From NCBI GenBank assembly GCA_963835575.1, contig CAWIGG010000004.1, forward strand, positions 512,001 to 576,000: DNA of 64,000 nucleotides, in the 5' to 3' direction. Shown piece by piece: positions 41,216 through 51,328 of this stretch (position 1 is its first letter; every line of letters begins with the position of its first letter). The position numbers and the translations under genes were made by a program. Under the pieces are notes generated by a model, which was given only the letters and a program-made list of their open reading frames with translations, did no database searches and was not told the DNA's origin. Origin of the DNA: an uncultured Spirochaetota bacterium. Its GTDB lineage: Bacteria > Spirochaetota > Brevinematia > Brevinematales > JAOACQ01.

Positions 41216-41572
41216 ATGGCTAAAGAACTCATAAAAATTCTAAAGGCCCTGGCGGACGAGAACAGGATACGGATTTTATGCCTGCTCAATCAAAAAGACT
41301 TATGTGTCTGTGAGATTGAAGAAGTATTAAAAATGAACCAGTCGAATGTATCGAGGCATCTCATTAAATTGAAGGAAGCCGATCTGATCGTTTCGGAAAA
41401 ACAGGCGCAATTTGTCTTTCATAGCTTGAATGATGAAATGATGAGCAGATATCCTTTCCTGAAACAGCTCTTATCGCAGGCTACTGAACTTGATAAATTC
41501 AAAAAGGATATCGAAGTTCTTAAGACCATGATTAAAGAAAATAAACTGACCTGCAGGACCTCGAGTACTTGA
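41216..41572 (+). CDS. arsR: ArsR/SmtB repressor
   Basis: KALADENRIRI, DLCVCEI, NVSRHL. Confidence 0.9.
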   Translation: MAKELIKILKALADENRIRILCLLNQKDLCVCEIEEVLKMNQSNVSRHLIKLKEADLIVSEKQAQFVFHSLNDEMMSRYPFLKQLLSQATELDKFKKDIEVLKTMIKENKLTCRTSST

Positions 41573-41617
41573 CAAAACTATTTTTTTTAAATAATATATG
41601 AGTATATTTGAATATAT
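41569..41617 (+). promoter_or_regulatory. Sigma70-type promoter with probable ArsR box upstream of acr3
   Basis: TTGACA-N17-TAATAT overlapping ATATATGAGTATATTTGAATATAT. Confidence 0.55.
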
Positions 41618-41649
41618 GTATTAGAGAATATGTTGCCGGGAGGATACCT

Positions 41650-42708
41650 ATGATTGATGCCGCTCAGAAAAAATTGAGTTTTGTTGATAAGTTCCTGACC
41701 TTATGGATATTTACCGCGATGGCCACCGGTGTCGCATTAGGTTATTTTTACCCGCCTTTTACGGCTTGGATCAGTAAATTTCAGGCTGGTACGACATCAA
41801 TTCCAATTGCCATAGGCTTGATACTGATGATGTACCCGCCGCTCGCGAAGGTAAAATATGAGGAAATGGGAACAACATTCAAAAACAAAAAACTGCTTTT
41901 TTTATCGCTCTTTCAAAACTGGCTGATCGGCCCTATGGTTATGTTTTTACTGGCAGTTCTTTTTTTGAGGGACAATCCCGGCTATATGATCGGAGTTATC
42001 CTGGTCGGCCTCGCGCGCTGTATCGCTATGGTCATCGTATGGAACGACCTTGCTAAGGGCGACAGGGAGCTGGGAGTGGGTATTGTCGCTTTTAACGCCG
42101 TGTTCCAGGTTTTATTTTACGCATTTTATATTTATTTGTTCATTACGGTTTTTCTGAACGCACTGGGCATTATAAAGGGACTGAATATCAATATCTCCAT
42201 TCTGGAATCTGCAAAAACCGTCATGATTTATCTGGGAATACCGTTCTTCGCAGGGCTGATTACACGATTCATATTGTTGAAAACAAAAGGCAAAGAATGG
42301 TTTGAAAGGGTGTTCTCCCCTTTTATCAGTCCCATTACTTTGATAGCATTGTTATTCACAATCATCATAATGTTTTCGCTGAAAGGGAAATTTATTGTTC
42401 AGGCCCCGTTCGATGTTGTTAGAGTAGCTATACCTTATATTATCTACTTTTTCGCCATGTGGTTCATTACTTTTTTTGCCGCGAAAAAAATGGGCGCGAA
42501 TTACGAACAGAGTGTTGCGGTGTCTTTTTCGGCAGCGTCCAATGATTTTGAGCTGGCGATTGCGGTGGCCATATCAATTTTTGGTATTGACTCGAATCAG
42601 GCTTTCGCAGCAGTGATCGGGCCGCTGATCGAGGTGCCGGTTATGATCATACTGGTTAATATAGCGTCAAGATTAAAGAAAAAATTCATTGCAAGAGGTA
42701 ATTTATGA
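41650..42708 (+). CDS. acr3: ACR3 arsenite efflux transporter
   Basis: [47 protein letters not shown]. Confidence 0.95.
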   Translation: MIDAAQKKLSFVDKFLTLWIFTAMATGVALGYFYPPFTAWISKFQAGTTSIPIAIGLILMMYPPLAKVKYEEMGTTFKNKKLLFLSLFQNWLIGPMVMFLLAVLFLRDNPGYMIGVILVGLARCIAMVIVWNDLAKGDRELGVGIVAFNAVFQVLFYAFYIYLFITVFLNALGIIKGLNINISILESAKTVMIYLGIPFFAGLITRFILLKTKGKEWFERVFSPFISPITLIALLFTIIIMFSLKGKFIVQAPFDVVRVAIPYIIYFFAMWFITFFAAKKMGANYEQSVAVSFSAASNDFELAIAVAISIFGIDSNQAFAAVIGPLIEVPVMIILVNIASRLKKKFIARGNL

Positions 42709-42944
42709 AAGTTCAGATTTTAGGTTCGGGATGTCCTAACTGCAAGCGGCTGGAAGCGAACGCGAAGGAAGCGGTTCAGGCTTCCGGCATCCAGGCTGAT
42801 ATAGAGAAAGTAACGGATATTGCAAAAATCATGGAATTCGGCGTAATGATGACCCCCGCGCTTGCCGTTAATGGTGTCGTTAAAAGCGCCGGCAGGGTTC
42901 TCAATAAAGACCAGATAATTCAGATTTTAAAGGGAGGAAAATAA
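42705..42944 (+). CDS. Small thioredoxin-like redox protein
   Basis: [16 protein letters not shown]. Confidence 0.88.
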   Translation: MKVQILGSGCPNCKRLEANAKEAVQASGIQADIEKVTDIAKIMEFGVMMTPALAVNGVVKSAGRVLNKDQIIQILKGGK

Positions 42945-42945
42945 A

Positions 42946-43311
42946 ATGGCTGAATGCTGCAGCTGCGGAAGCGGCGGGATCAAACTGATATACGCATGTT
43001 CCGGCGCCGCCAACACGGGATATTTAGCGGACGCAGCCGCGAGAAAGCTGATGAAAGACAACGCCGGTAAAATGACATGCCTTGCAGCGATGGGAGCGGA
43101 ACTTTCCGGGTTTATAGAATCCGCTAAATGCGCTGAAAAGAATATTGTTATTGACGGATGTCCGGTTTCCTGCGGGAAAAAGATATTTGAAAAGCTGGGT
43201 TTGCCATTTGAGCATTTTATCACGACTGATTTCGGGGTGGAGAAAGGGAAGACGGAAATTACCGCTGAAGTTATAGACAGAGTTGCAATGAGCGTGGCTG
43301 AGAGGTTATAG
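42946..43311 (+). CDS. DGC-domain putative zinc-binding protein
   Basis: YACSGAANTG, IDGCPVSC. Confidence 0.85.
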   Translation: MAECCSCGSGGIKLIYACSGAANTGYLADAAARKLMKDNAGKMTCLAAMGAELSGFIESAKCAEKNIVIDGCPVSCGKKIFEKLGLPFEHFITTDFGVEKGKTEITAEVIDRVAMSVAERL

Positions 43312-43313
43312 GC

Positions 43314-44264
43314 ATGTGGAAAACTTTTGTCGACTGGCTGGTATATAAAATAATCGGACTTTCGCCGGAATCGCATATAGGGGCCGCGCTGAATTTCTTC
43401 GTTTACGACACGGTCAAGATTTTCTTTCTGCTTGCGGTCATTATTTTCGCGATAGCCATTATCAGAAGTTTTTTCCCGCCGGAAAAGACAAAGCAGATAC
43501 TGGAGAAAGTTCCGGAGTTCGTCGGGAATATTCTGGCATCCCTGCTCGGTATAGTGACACCTTTCTGTTCGTGTTCGGCAGTCCCGCTTTTCATCGGTTT
43601 CATCGAAGCGGGAATTCCTTTAGGGGTAACATTTTCTTTTCTGGTTTCTTCACCGATGGTCAATGAAGTCGCGCTGATTATGCTCTGGGGAATGTTTGGT
43701 TGGAAGGTGGCTGTTATTTATATTGCCAGTGGCATTGTGATCGCTATTCTCAGCGGGTTAGCCATCGGCAGAATGAAACTGGAAAAGCAGGTGCAGGATT
43801 ATGTTTATAAAATCAAATCCGGGAATGCGGAAATTGAAAAACAGACCTGGAAAGACCGGTTCCTTTATGCGCGCGATTATGTCGGCGAAATCATCGGCAA
43901 AGTCTGGCCTTATGTCCTTGTTGGCATAGCAATCGGCGGGTTTATGCACGGGTACGCTCCGGCTGATTTCCTGTCGAAAGTTGCCGGTCCCGGCAACTGG
44001 TTTGCCGTCCCGATAGCGGTCTTGATCGGCGTTCCGCTCTATTCCAACGCGGCGGGGGTCATCCCGATCGTGAAAGTTCTCATGGACAAAGGGATGGCAA
44101 TAGGGACGGCATTGGCCTTTATGATGGCTGTCACGGCCCTGTCGCTGCCGGAAGCAGTTATTCTCAAGAAGGTCCTTAAAACAAAACTGCTGGTTATCTA
44201 TTTCAGCGTTGTGGCTGCAGGAATAATGCTGACAGGGTATTTGTTTAACTGGATTTTAAAATAA
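43314..44264 (+). CDS. ArsP/DUF318-family permease
   Basis: TPFCSCSAVP, GVPLYSN, LSLPE. Confidence 0.88.
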   Translation: MWKTFVDWLVYKIIGLSPESHIGAALNFFVYDTVKIFFLLAVIIFAIAIIRSFFPPEKTKQILEKVPEFVGNILASLLGIVTPFCSCSAVPLFIGFIEAGIPLGVTFSFLVSSPMVNEVALIMLWGMFGWKVAVIYIASGIVIAILSGLAIGRMKLEKQVQDYVYKIKSGNAEIEKQTWKDRFLYARDYVGEIIGKVWPYVLVGIAIGGFMHGYAPADFLSKVAGPGNWFAVPIAVLIGVPLYSNAAGVIPIVKVLMDKGMAIGTALAFMMAVTALSLPEAVILKKVLKTKLLVIYFSVVAAGIMLTGYLFNWILK

Positions 44265-44276
44265 ATCGGGAGGATT

Positions 44277-44669
44277 TTGACAGTGACAAAAAAAGTATTT
44301 ATTTTTATTATGTTTACACTCATTCTGTTTTCAGCCTGCGCAAAAAAAAGCAAAGAATCCGTAGCGGCTGCACCGGATACCGCCGGATACAAGGTCACTT
44401 TTATTGAGCTTGGTTCCGTTAACTGTGTTCCCTGCAAAATGATGCAGCCGGTTATGGCGGAAATCGAAAAAGAATACGCCGGAAGGGTCAAAGTGGTGTT
44501 TTACGATGTATGGACTCAGGAAGGCCGGCCCTATGGCCAAAATTACAGGATCAGGGTTATTCCGACGCAGGTATTTTTAGAAAAAGATGGGAAAGAGTTT
44601 TTCCGGCATGAGGGTTATTTCCCGAAAGAAGATCTGGTCAAGGTATTGGAATCGCAGGGTGTTAAATAA
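44277..44669 (+). CDS. Exported thioredoxin (probable lipoprotein)
   Basis: FSAC lipobox-like, CVPC, IPTQVF. Confidence 0.82.
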   Translation: MTVTKKVFIFIMFTLILFSACAKKSKESVAAAPDTAGYKVTFIELGSVNCVPCKMMQPVMAEIEKEYAGRVKVVFYDVWTQEGRPYGQNYRIRVIPTQVFLEKDGKEFFRHEGYFPKEDLVKVLESQGVK

Positions 44670-45379
44670 TGGACTTTTTGATCCATCTTTTTGACTTTTT
44701 CACTAAAATGTTCCAGTCCAATCCCTGGACTGCTGTTTTAGCGGCTTTCGGCTGGGGAATACTCAGTATTGTTCTAAGCCCGTGCCATCTTTCCAGCATT
44801 CCGCTCGCGATTGGTTATATAAATGGGAAAGGCAAATTGAAAACTTCGAGGGCTTTCTTTCTGTCTTTGATGTTTTCCCTTGGCATTTTGATAACAATTT
44901 CGTTTATCGGGTTGATAACAGGTTTGGCAGGCCGGATGCTGGGCGATATTGGAAAAGCCGGGACAATTATTGTCGCTGTTGTTTTTGTGCTGGTGGGCAT
45001 CTGGTTGATGGATTTTATACCTATTCCGCTATTACAATCAATAAACCCCAATATGAGAGGAAAAGGCGGTATAGGTGCGTTTGTTTTAGGACTTTTGTTC
45101 GGGCTGGCACTCGGCCCATGTTCTTTCGGGTTTATGATGCCGCTGCTCCTGGTTGTATTTCAGACTGCTCAAAGTAATATTGCTTATTCAATTATTTTAC
45201 TTTCCTCATTCGCGCTGGGTCATATCGGAATGATCGTTTTAGCGGGGACTTTTGTCAATTGGGTGCAGAATTACCTGAACTGGACCGAAAAATCGAAAGG
45301 CGTTATGATTTTCCGCAGAATTTGCGGAGGATTGGTTATATTGACCGGAATTTATTTGATAATTGGGCAATTCAGATAA
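44669..45379 (+). CDS. CcdA/DsbD-beta family protein
   Basis: SIVLSPC, GLALGPC, multiple TM helices. Confidence 0.85.
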   Translation: MDFLIHLFDFFTKMFQSNPWTAVLAAFGWGILSIVLSPCHLSSIPLAIGYINGKGKLKTSRAFFLSLMFSLGILITISFIGLITGLAGRMLGDIGKAGTIIVAVVFVLVGIWLMDFIPIPLLQSINPNMRGKGGIGAFVLGLLFGLALGPCSFGFMMPLLLVVFQTAQSNIAYSIILLSSFALGHIGMIVLAGTFVNWVQNYLNWTEKSKGVMIFRRICGGLVILTGIYLIIGQFR

Positions 45380-45442
45380 ACATGATAAAAAATTAACATC
45401 AAATTAACAAAAATTGGTTATTATATTATGTGAGGTTATCTT

Positions 45443-45877
45443 ATGGAAAAAATAAAAGTATTGTTTGTCTGTGTTCACAATTCCGCCCGGAGCCAGATTG
45501 CCGAAGTTTTTTTAAACCTCTTGGGTGGGGAGCGTTTTATTGCCGAAAGTGCCGGGCTGGAACCGGGTGTGCTCAATCCAAATGTTGTTGAGGTCATGAA
45601 GGAAACCGGCATAGACATTTCCGGTAATAAAACGAAAAGCGTTTTTGGTTTCTTTAAACAGGGGAAGATTTACAATTATGTCATTACCGTCTGCAACGCC
45701 TCGGCCGGGGAAAGGTGCCCGGTTTTCCCCGGAAGAGTAACCCGCCTTCACTGGGAATTTGACGATCCCGCCGGTTTTCAAGGAACGCATGAGGAAATTC
45801 TGGCAAAGACAAGGATAGTACGGGATCAAATTAAAAATAAAATTGAAGAATTTATAAATAAAGTCAAATTCCAATAG
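45443..45877 (+). CDS. arsC: Arsenate reductase (LMW-PTP fold)
   Basis: [13 protein letters not shown]...CPVFP, HWEFDDP. Confidence 0.92.
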   Translation: MEKIKVLFVCVHNSARSQIAEVFLNLLGGERFIAESAGLEPGVLNPNVVEVMKETGIDISGNKTKSVFGFFKQGKIYNYVITVCNASAGERCPVFPGRVTRLHWEFDDPAGFQGTHEEILAKTRIVRDQIKNKIEEFINKVKFQ

Positions 45878-45964
45878 ATGGAAATAATTGGAAAAGATCC
45901 AATGCTTTAAGAATACAGTTATCATATCCATTCAACGCACATCAAAAAATATTTTTTAAACTCC

Positions 45965-46027
45965 TTGACATACAGGCTTTTTGTTGTTAACATATAAACA
46001 ATAGTTTATATATATAATCGTTTATAT
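45965..46027 (+). promoter_or_regulatory. Promoter and operator of the second ArsR operon
   Basis: TTGACA-N17-TAACAT overlapping palindrome ATATAAAC-AATA-GTTTATAT (45992-46011). Confidence 0.65.
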
Positions 46028-46041
46028 AAAAGGATGTTTAT

Positions 46042-46380
46042 ATGGATGAAGCGGTAAAACTCCAGATTTATTTCCAGATCCTGGGGGATTCCAACAGGCT
46101 CAGGATCATCAAATACATAGGGGGCAGGGAATGTTCCGTTTCCGAAATAGTCGAAAACACAAAGCTTTCGCAGCCGCTTGTTTCGCACCATCTGCGAACC
46201 TTGAGAGAGAATCAGGTACTTGAAACAAAAAGAAAAGGCGCTTTTGTGTATTACAAATTGAAAGATGAAAGGCTTCTGAGCGCTCTTGGAATATTCCTCG
46301 AAATAGTCAACTCCCTGAATGAGGAGAAAATGGCTTCGCCGATGTTCTCCATTCCGGGATGGTGGAATATGTGTAAATAA
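46042..46380 (+). CDS. ArsR/SmtB repressor
   Basis: LGDSNRLRI, SQPLVSHHL. Confidence 0.88.
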   Translation: MDEAVKLQIYFQILGDSNRLRIIKYIGGRECSVSEIVENTKLSQPLVSHHLRTLRENQVLETKRKGAFVYYKLKDERLLSALGIFLEIVNSLNEEKMASPMFSIPGWWNMCK

Positions 46381-46438
46381 GCTCTAAATGGCGGATTCGA
46401 GAAATCCAATCAAATATAAAAAGTCAGGAGGGCACTTT

Positions 46439-46948
46439 ATGGGTATTAAAGAAAAGATGATGGAAGGCATGATGGGCAAGATGTCGGCGGAGGAAAAAAA
46501 GGAAATGATGGATAAGATGATGGACAGCTTCTTTTCCGGCATGACCGCCGAAGAAAAGCAGAACATGATGAAGGATATGATGCCGAAGATGATGGGTTCG
46601 ATGATGGGCGGCGGCTCATCTATGGGCGATATGATGAGTACTATGATGGGAGAAGGCGGTGGGCCCATGGATATGTGCAAAAGTATGATGTCTTCAATTT
46701 CTAAAAGCTCGGATATGGCCAGTTTTGCCTTGCCGGAAGTCAGGGACCTTTTTGAGGAATGGATGATCCAGATCGAGGAGGAAATTATGAACCTGATGGC
46801 CGGGAAAAAGGAAATAACGCCTGAAGAAATCGCCAAGGAACTAAAAATTTCGAAAAAGAGCGCCATCTATTTCGCCTCGCGGCTGGCACAGAACGGCAAG
46901 ATTTCCCTGAAGATAAATAAAGAGGATGAACATGGTAATGAAAAATAA
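46439..46948 (+). CDS. Methionine-rich protein with C-terminal winged-helix-like region
   Basis: 28 Met in the first 84 residues; ITPEEIAKELKIS; GGAGG RBS. Confidence 0.7.
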   Translation: MGIKEKMMEGMMGKMSAEEKKEMMDKMMDSFFSGMTAEEKQNMMKDMMPKMMGSMMGGGSSMGDMMSTMMGEGGGPMDMCKSMMSSISKSSDMASFALPEVRDLFEEWMIQIEEEIMNLMAGKKEITPEEIAKELKISKKSAIYFASRLAQNGKISLKINKEDEHGNEK

Positions 46949-47729
46949 TATGCAGGAAAATAAAGCTTGTAATGGAAAAGAGTGCGATATTCTTGAATTT
47001 ATGGCGAAAGATGTGGGTATGACAGTGCTTCACCCTGGCGGGTTCAAGGCGACCGACAGGCTGATGAATTGGTGCGGGATCAATACGGACGCTCATGTAC
47101 TGGACATTGCTTGCGGAAAGGGGAGCGGTGCAGTTTATATTTCAAAAAAATCCGGCTGCCGGGTGACCGGTATTGACCTGGATCATGGTTTACTGGAAGA
47201 AGCGAAGAAGCAGATAAAAAAAGGAGAGGCGGGAAGTCGGCTTTCTTTTTATCTGGAAAATGCTGAGAATTTATCTTTCAAGGACAATACTTTTGATGTG
47301 ACGATTTTTCAGGCTGCCCTTGTTTTGATCGGAGATGTACAAAAAGCAATAAAAGAAGCGGTAAGGGTTACAAAGAGAGGCGGGAAAATCGGCCTCCTGG
47401 AATTGACTTGGCTTAAAAAACCGGCCGGGGAAGTTCTTGAATCGGCTGTAAAAGATATCTGCGCGGCCTGCATGACTCGGGCTCTTCCTCCGGAAGGCTG
47501 GATAAAGCTCCTGGAGAATAACGGCCTGGCTTTGAAGCATACTCAAAGTTTTAATATGGAATTCAAGAATATGATGGGGGACGAAGGCCCACTTAATATG
47601 GTTAAAATCATGAAAAACATACTTTTCAATTCTTCAGTCAGAAAGAGGGTCTTGAAAATTAATAAATTTTTCGAAAAATACAATTCCTACCTGGGTTATG
47701 GCATTTATGTCGCTGAAAAAATAGGATAA
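46926..47729 (+). CDS. Class I SAM-dependent methyltransferase (exact start uncertain)
   Basis: LHPGGFKAT, VLDIACGKG, RVTKRGG. Confidence 0.85.
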   Translation: MNMVMKNNMQENKACNGKECDILEFMAKDVGMTVLHPGGFKATDRLMNWCGINTDAHVLDIACGKGSGAVYISKKSGCRVTGIDLDHGLLEEAKKQIKKGEAGSRLSFYLENAENLSFKDNTFDVTIFQAALVLIGDVQKAIKEAVRVTKRGGKIGLLELTWLKKPAGEVLESAVKDICAACMTRALPPEGWIKLLENNGLALKHTQSFNMEFKNMMGDEGPLNMVKIMKNILFNSSVRKRVLKINKFFEKYNSYLGYGIYVAEKIG

Positions 47730-47772
47730 ATGAAATATTTCTCAAAAATAAAATCATTTTAAGGAGTTCATC

Positions 47773-47997
47773 ATGTGCGGATACGGTTTCGGACTGTTTA
47801 ATCCTTTCGGATGGGGCCTTTGCGGCATCTTTTTCTTTCTTTTTATGGCGGTTGTCATTTATTCCTTGATAAGGAATGCCGGCGGTCATTCCTGGAGAAT
47901 GCCGGGTTATGATACACCCCTGAATATTCTCAAGAAGCGTTATGCCAGGGGTGAGATCAGCAGGGAAGAGTTTGAAAAAATAAAAAAGGATATCTAA
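47773..47997 (+). CDS. SHOCT-domain small membrane protein
   Basis: ILKKRYARGEISREEF. Confidence 0.85.
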   Translation: MCGYGFGLFNPFGWGLCGIFFFLFMAVVIYSLIRNAGGHSWRMPGYDTPLNILKKRYARGEISREEFEKIKKDI

Positions 47998-48047
47998 TTT
48001 TAGGAAAGCATGAATCAATTAATTGCTAAAAAAGCTATTATATCAAC

Positions 48048-48126
48048 CCCAATTCAACACGGATTAGCACGGATGAAACAGATTTATGCGGATTTAGTCG
48101 TAATAGAAAATGAGATAAATTGCTTT
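48048..48126. repeat. Left boundary repeat L2
   Basis: 48048-48092 is the inverted complement of 49928-49972 (34/45); inner GTAATAGA...ATAAATTGCTTT shared with L1. Confidence 0.78.
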
Positions 48127-48197
48127 TTATCGATTAAATAGTTGTAAATATATATAATTGTTTTAAAATAATATAATTAAATTAGTGGAAATATATT

Positions 48198-49370
48198 ATG
48201 CAGAGTCTTAATGTTTCAGTTAATCCAATAATATTAAAATGGGCTCGTGAAAGATTGGGGCTTTCTATTGACAGTGTTGCTAAATTTTTGAAAAAAGATC
48301 CATCAATTATTATTCAATGGGAAAATGGTGAGAGTAAACCTACCTATGTTCAACTTGAAAAACTATCTTATCAATTATATAAAAGGCCATTAGCGGTGTT
48401 TTTTTTCCCAACCCCGCCTGATGAGCCAGAAATTACTAAATCTTTTAGAACTTTACCTGACATTGAAATTCAAAATTTTATTCCAGACACATATCTGGCA
48501 TTAAGGCAAGCACAATCAATGCAATTGGCTTTAAAGGAATTGAGTAATGATATTAATAAATCGGAAAAAAAGATTTTCTCTGATATAATTGTAGAAAATT
48601 TAGAAGATGTTATTTCTATCTGCTCTGAGATTAGAAGCTATCTTAATATTTCTATTGAAGAACAAATAAAGTGGATGAATGTAGACACAGCTTTAAAAAA
48701 TTGGAGAAAATTACTTGAGGATTCCGGGATTTATATTTTTAAGCGTTCATTTAAACAAAAAGAAATTTCCGGATTTTGCTTAATTGATATAGAATTTCCA
48801 ATTATATATTTAAATAATAGCACATCACAAAACCGACAGATATTTACAATATTTCATGAATTAGCCCATATTTTATTAAAAGTAAATGGAATGACAAAAG
48901 CCGATGATTCATATATTAATATTTTGGCAGGTATGAATAGAAATATTGAATATTTCTGTAATCAATTTGCCGGAGAATTATTAGTACCGTCGCAACATTT
49001 TAACTTAAATATAAAACAATTTCATGAGTTCAATGATGCTGCAATATATAAATTGGCAGACATATATAAGGTTAGTCGTGAGGTTATACTAAGGAAATTA
49101 ATAGATCGTAAATTAGTTGATGGTAGTATTTATGAATCAAAAGCAAATATTTGGGCAAAAGAATTTGAAAATAATCGCAAAGGGAAAAAGGGTGGGGATT
49201 ATTATTCAACACAGATTACTTATCTTGGTGATAAATTTCTAAAACTGGTTTTCAGCAAATATTATGAGGGGAGCTTCTCTATCGATCAAGTGGCTGATTA
49301 TTGCAATTTAAAAGTTAATAATATTGATAATTTAGAACATTATTTCATGAATAAGATGGCCAATATATGA
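48198..49370 (+). CDS. XRE HTH + ImmA/IrrE zinc metallopeptidase
   Basis: LKWARERLGLS...WENGESKPT, FTIFHELAH, CNQFAGELLVP. Confidence 0.9.
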   Translation: MQSLNVSVNPIILKWARERLGLSIDSVAKFLKKDPSIIIQWENGESKPTYVQLEKLSYQLYKRPLAVFFFPTPPDEPEITKSFRTLPDIEIQNFIPDTYLALRQAQSMQLALKELSNDINKSEKKIFSDIIVENLEDVISICSEIRSYLNISIEEQIKWMNVDTALKNWRKLLEDSGIYIFKRSFKQKEISGFCLIDIEFPIIYLNNSTSQNRQIFTIFHELAHILLKVNGMTKADDSYINILAGMNRNIEYFCNQFAGELLVPSQHFNLNIKQFHEFNDAAIYKLADIYKVSREVILRKLIDRKLVDGSIYESKANIWAKEFENNRKGKKGGDYYSTQITYLGDKFLKLVFSKYYEGSFSIDQVADYCNLKVNNIDNLEHYFMNKMANI

Positions 49371-49837
49371 TTTATATTTTTGATACCGGAGCTTTTATTG
49401 TAATAAGTCACTATTTTCCAGAAAGATTCCCTTCATTCTGGACAAAATTGAATGATTATGTGGAAAAAGGTTCTATTATATCAGTAAGGGAAGTATATAA
49501 TGAATTAAGCAACCATGGGAACAAACCTTTTTTGAAGAATTGGCTTGATAAGAATAAAGATATTTTCAGGATGCCTTCCGAAGATGAAATTAACTTTTTA
49601 AGCGAAATATTTCAAATCAATCATTTTCGTCAATTGATTGGGCAGGAACAGATTTTAAAAGGTAAACCAGTTGCTGATCCTTTTGTTATAGCTTCCGCAA
49701 GGATTAATAAAGGGTGTGTAGTTACTGAAGAAAGCTTTAAGATTAATGCTGCTAAAATACCTAATGTGTGCCAACATTTTTCGATTGATTGCACAAATAT
49801 TGAAGCATTTATGGAACGTGAAAAGTGGACATTTTAA
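49367..49837 (+). CDS. DUF4411 PIN-like protein
   Basis: YIFDT, FPSFW, ADPFVIA, VVTEE, KIPNVC; ATGA overlap with the upstream gene. Confidence 0.85.
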   Translation: MIYIFDTGAFIVISHYFPERFPSFWTKLNDYVEKGSIISVREVYNELSNHGNKPFLKNWLDKNKDIFRMPSEDEINFLSEIFQINHFRQLIGQEQILKGKPVADPFVIASARINKGCVVTEESFKINAAKIPNVCQHFSIDCTNIEAFMEREKWTF

Positions 49838-49927
49838 TTTAAATAATAATTTTATAGGTGATAAATGGGAAATAATATAGATGAATTAAAACAGGAAAGA
49901 AAGTCTATTATTTAATTAAATTAATTT

Positions 49928-49980
49928 TCCGTGAAAATCCGTTCAATCCGCAAAAATCCGCGTTGAATTGGGTTATATAA
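49928..49980. repeat. Right boundary repeat R2
   Basis: TCCGTGAAAATCCGTTCAATCCGCAAAAATCCGCGTTGAATTGGG. Confidence 0.78.
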
Positions 49981-50116
49981 ACCAAGCTTAATAAAACGAA
50001 CAAAGGATTTTAATCCAATTTATTTTGTGTTACAGGTGTAGCCTGCCACCCTTTTCCATCCGTGTTCTTCTGTGTAATTCTGTGGCTCACCCATTTCTTC
50101 CCGCCTTCCTGTTGGT

Positions 50117-51316
50117 CTAATCCCCGATCTCACTCACCTTCACATCAGGAACGGGAAATTTCTCCATAATCATCTTCTGCGCCGTATAAACGCTTTTGCC
50201 GGATTCGAATTTATACCCCAGTTCTTTTAAAGCCAGTTCCATGGCCTGAAGCTCCACAATTATGTCCGATTTATCCACATAGCCCAGGTGGCCGAGGCGG
50301 AAAACCTTGCCCTTGACAGGGCCCTGTCCTCCGGCGATCGTTACGCCGTATTTATCCCGCATCAGGCCCGGTATTTTGCTTCCGTCAATGCCCGCGGGGG
50401 CCTTTACAGCGGTGAGAGTATCGGAAGGCCTGACATGCGGTATATCGGCAAGAATGGAAAGCCCGATCGACTGAACGGCCTTACGGAAAGTTTCAGCGAC
50501 CATCGCATGCCTTTTTATTATATTCTCAAGCCCTTCCTCCCGCATCATCTTTAAGGCATGATTGAGGCCGGTGAAGAGCGTGATGGCAGGGGTCCAGGCC
50601 GTTGTGTTCTTTTCCTGGCTTTTCTTTTCCTTCGCGAGATCAAAATAAAACTTCGGAAGGTCCGATCTTTTCATTAATTTTTCCGCTTTATCCGAGTAAG
50701 CGATAAACGACAGACCCGGAGGTATCATAAAGGATTTCTGCGAACCGGCTATGGCGGCATCGACGCCCCACTCGTCCATTTTGAATTCCATCGCCCCGAT
50801 GGCGGTAATCCCGTCGACAATGAGGATGGTGTCTGTTTTTTTAACAATGGAAGCGATATTTTTAATATCAAAAGCGACCCCGGTTGAAGTCTCGCTGTAT
50901 TCGGTATAAACCGCTTTTATATCCGGATTTTCCCTGAGGGCTTTTTCGACCCCATCCGCTTTTATATCTTTGCCGTATTCAGCCGTCAATTCAATCATTT
51001 CGGCGCCATATGTCCGGCCGATCTCTGCGAACCTCTCGCCGAATTTCCCGGCGGAAAGAACCAGCGCTTTATCGCCTTTTGAGAGAAAATTGGTAACAGA
51101 AGCTTCCATGGCCCCTGTTCCTGATGAAGTCAGTGTCAGAACGGGGTTTTTTGTCTGGAAAACATACTTGAGCAGCTCGCCGTTCTCCCTGACAATGTTT
51201 GAAAACTGAGGCGTCCTGTGGTGAATGAGCGGTTTTGACATTTCCGAAAGGATCTCCGCGGGTACGGCTGTCGGCCCGGGAGAGCACACAAATTTTTTAA
51301 TCAATGTCAGCTCCAA
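50117..51316 (-). CDS. Class V aminotransferase (alanine/serine-glyoxylate family)
   Basis: PGPT, HHRT, SETSTG, GSQKSFMIPPG, FRLGHLG. Confidence 0.9.
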   Translation of the reverse strand: MELTLIKKFVCSPGPTAVPAEILSEMSKPLIHHRTPQFSNIVRENGELLKYVFQTKNPVLTLTSSGTGAMEASVTNFLSKGDKALVLSAGKFGERFAEIGRTYGAEMIELTAEYGKDIKADGVEKALRENPDIKAVYTEYSETSTGVAFDIKNIASIVKKTDTILIVDGITAIGAMEFKMDEWGVDAAIAGSQKSFMIPPGLSFIAYSDKAEKLMKRSDLPKFYFDLAKEKKSQEKNTTAWTPAITLFTGLNHALKMMREEGLENIIKRHAMVAETFRKAVQSIGLSILADIPHVRPSDTLTAVKAPAGIDGSKIPGLMRDKYGVTIAGGQGPVKGKVFRLGHLGYVDKSDIIVELQAMELALKELGYKFESGKSVYTAQKMIMEKFPVPDVKVSEIGD

Positions 51317-51328
51317 TAAATATTTTAT

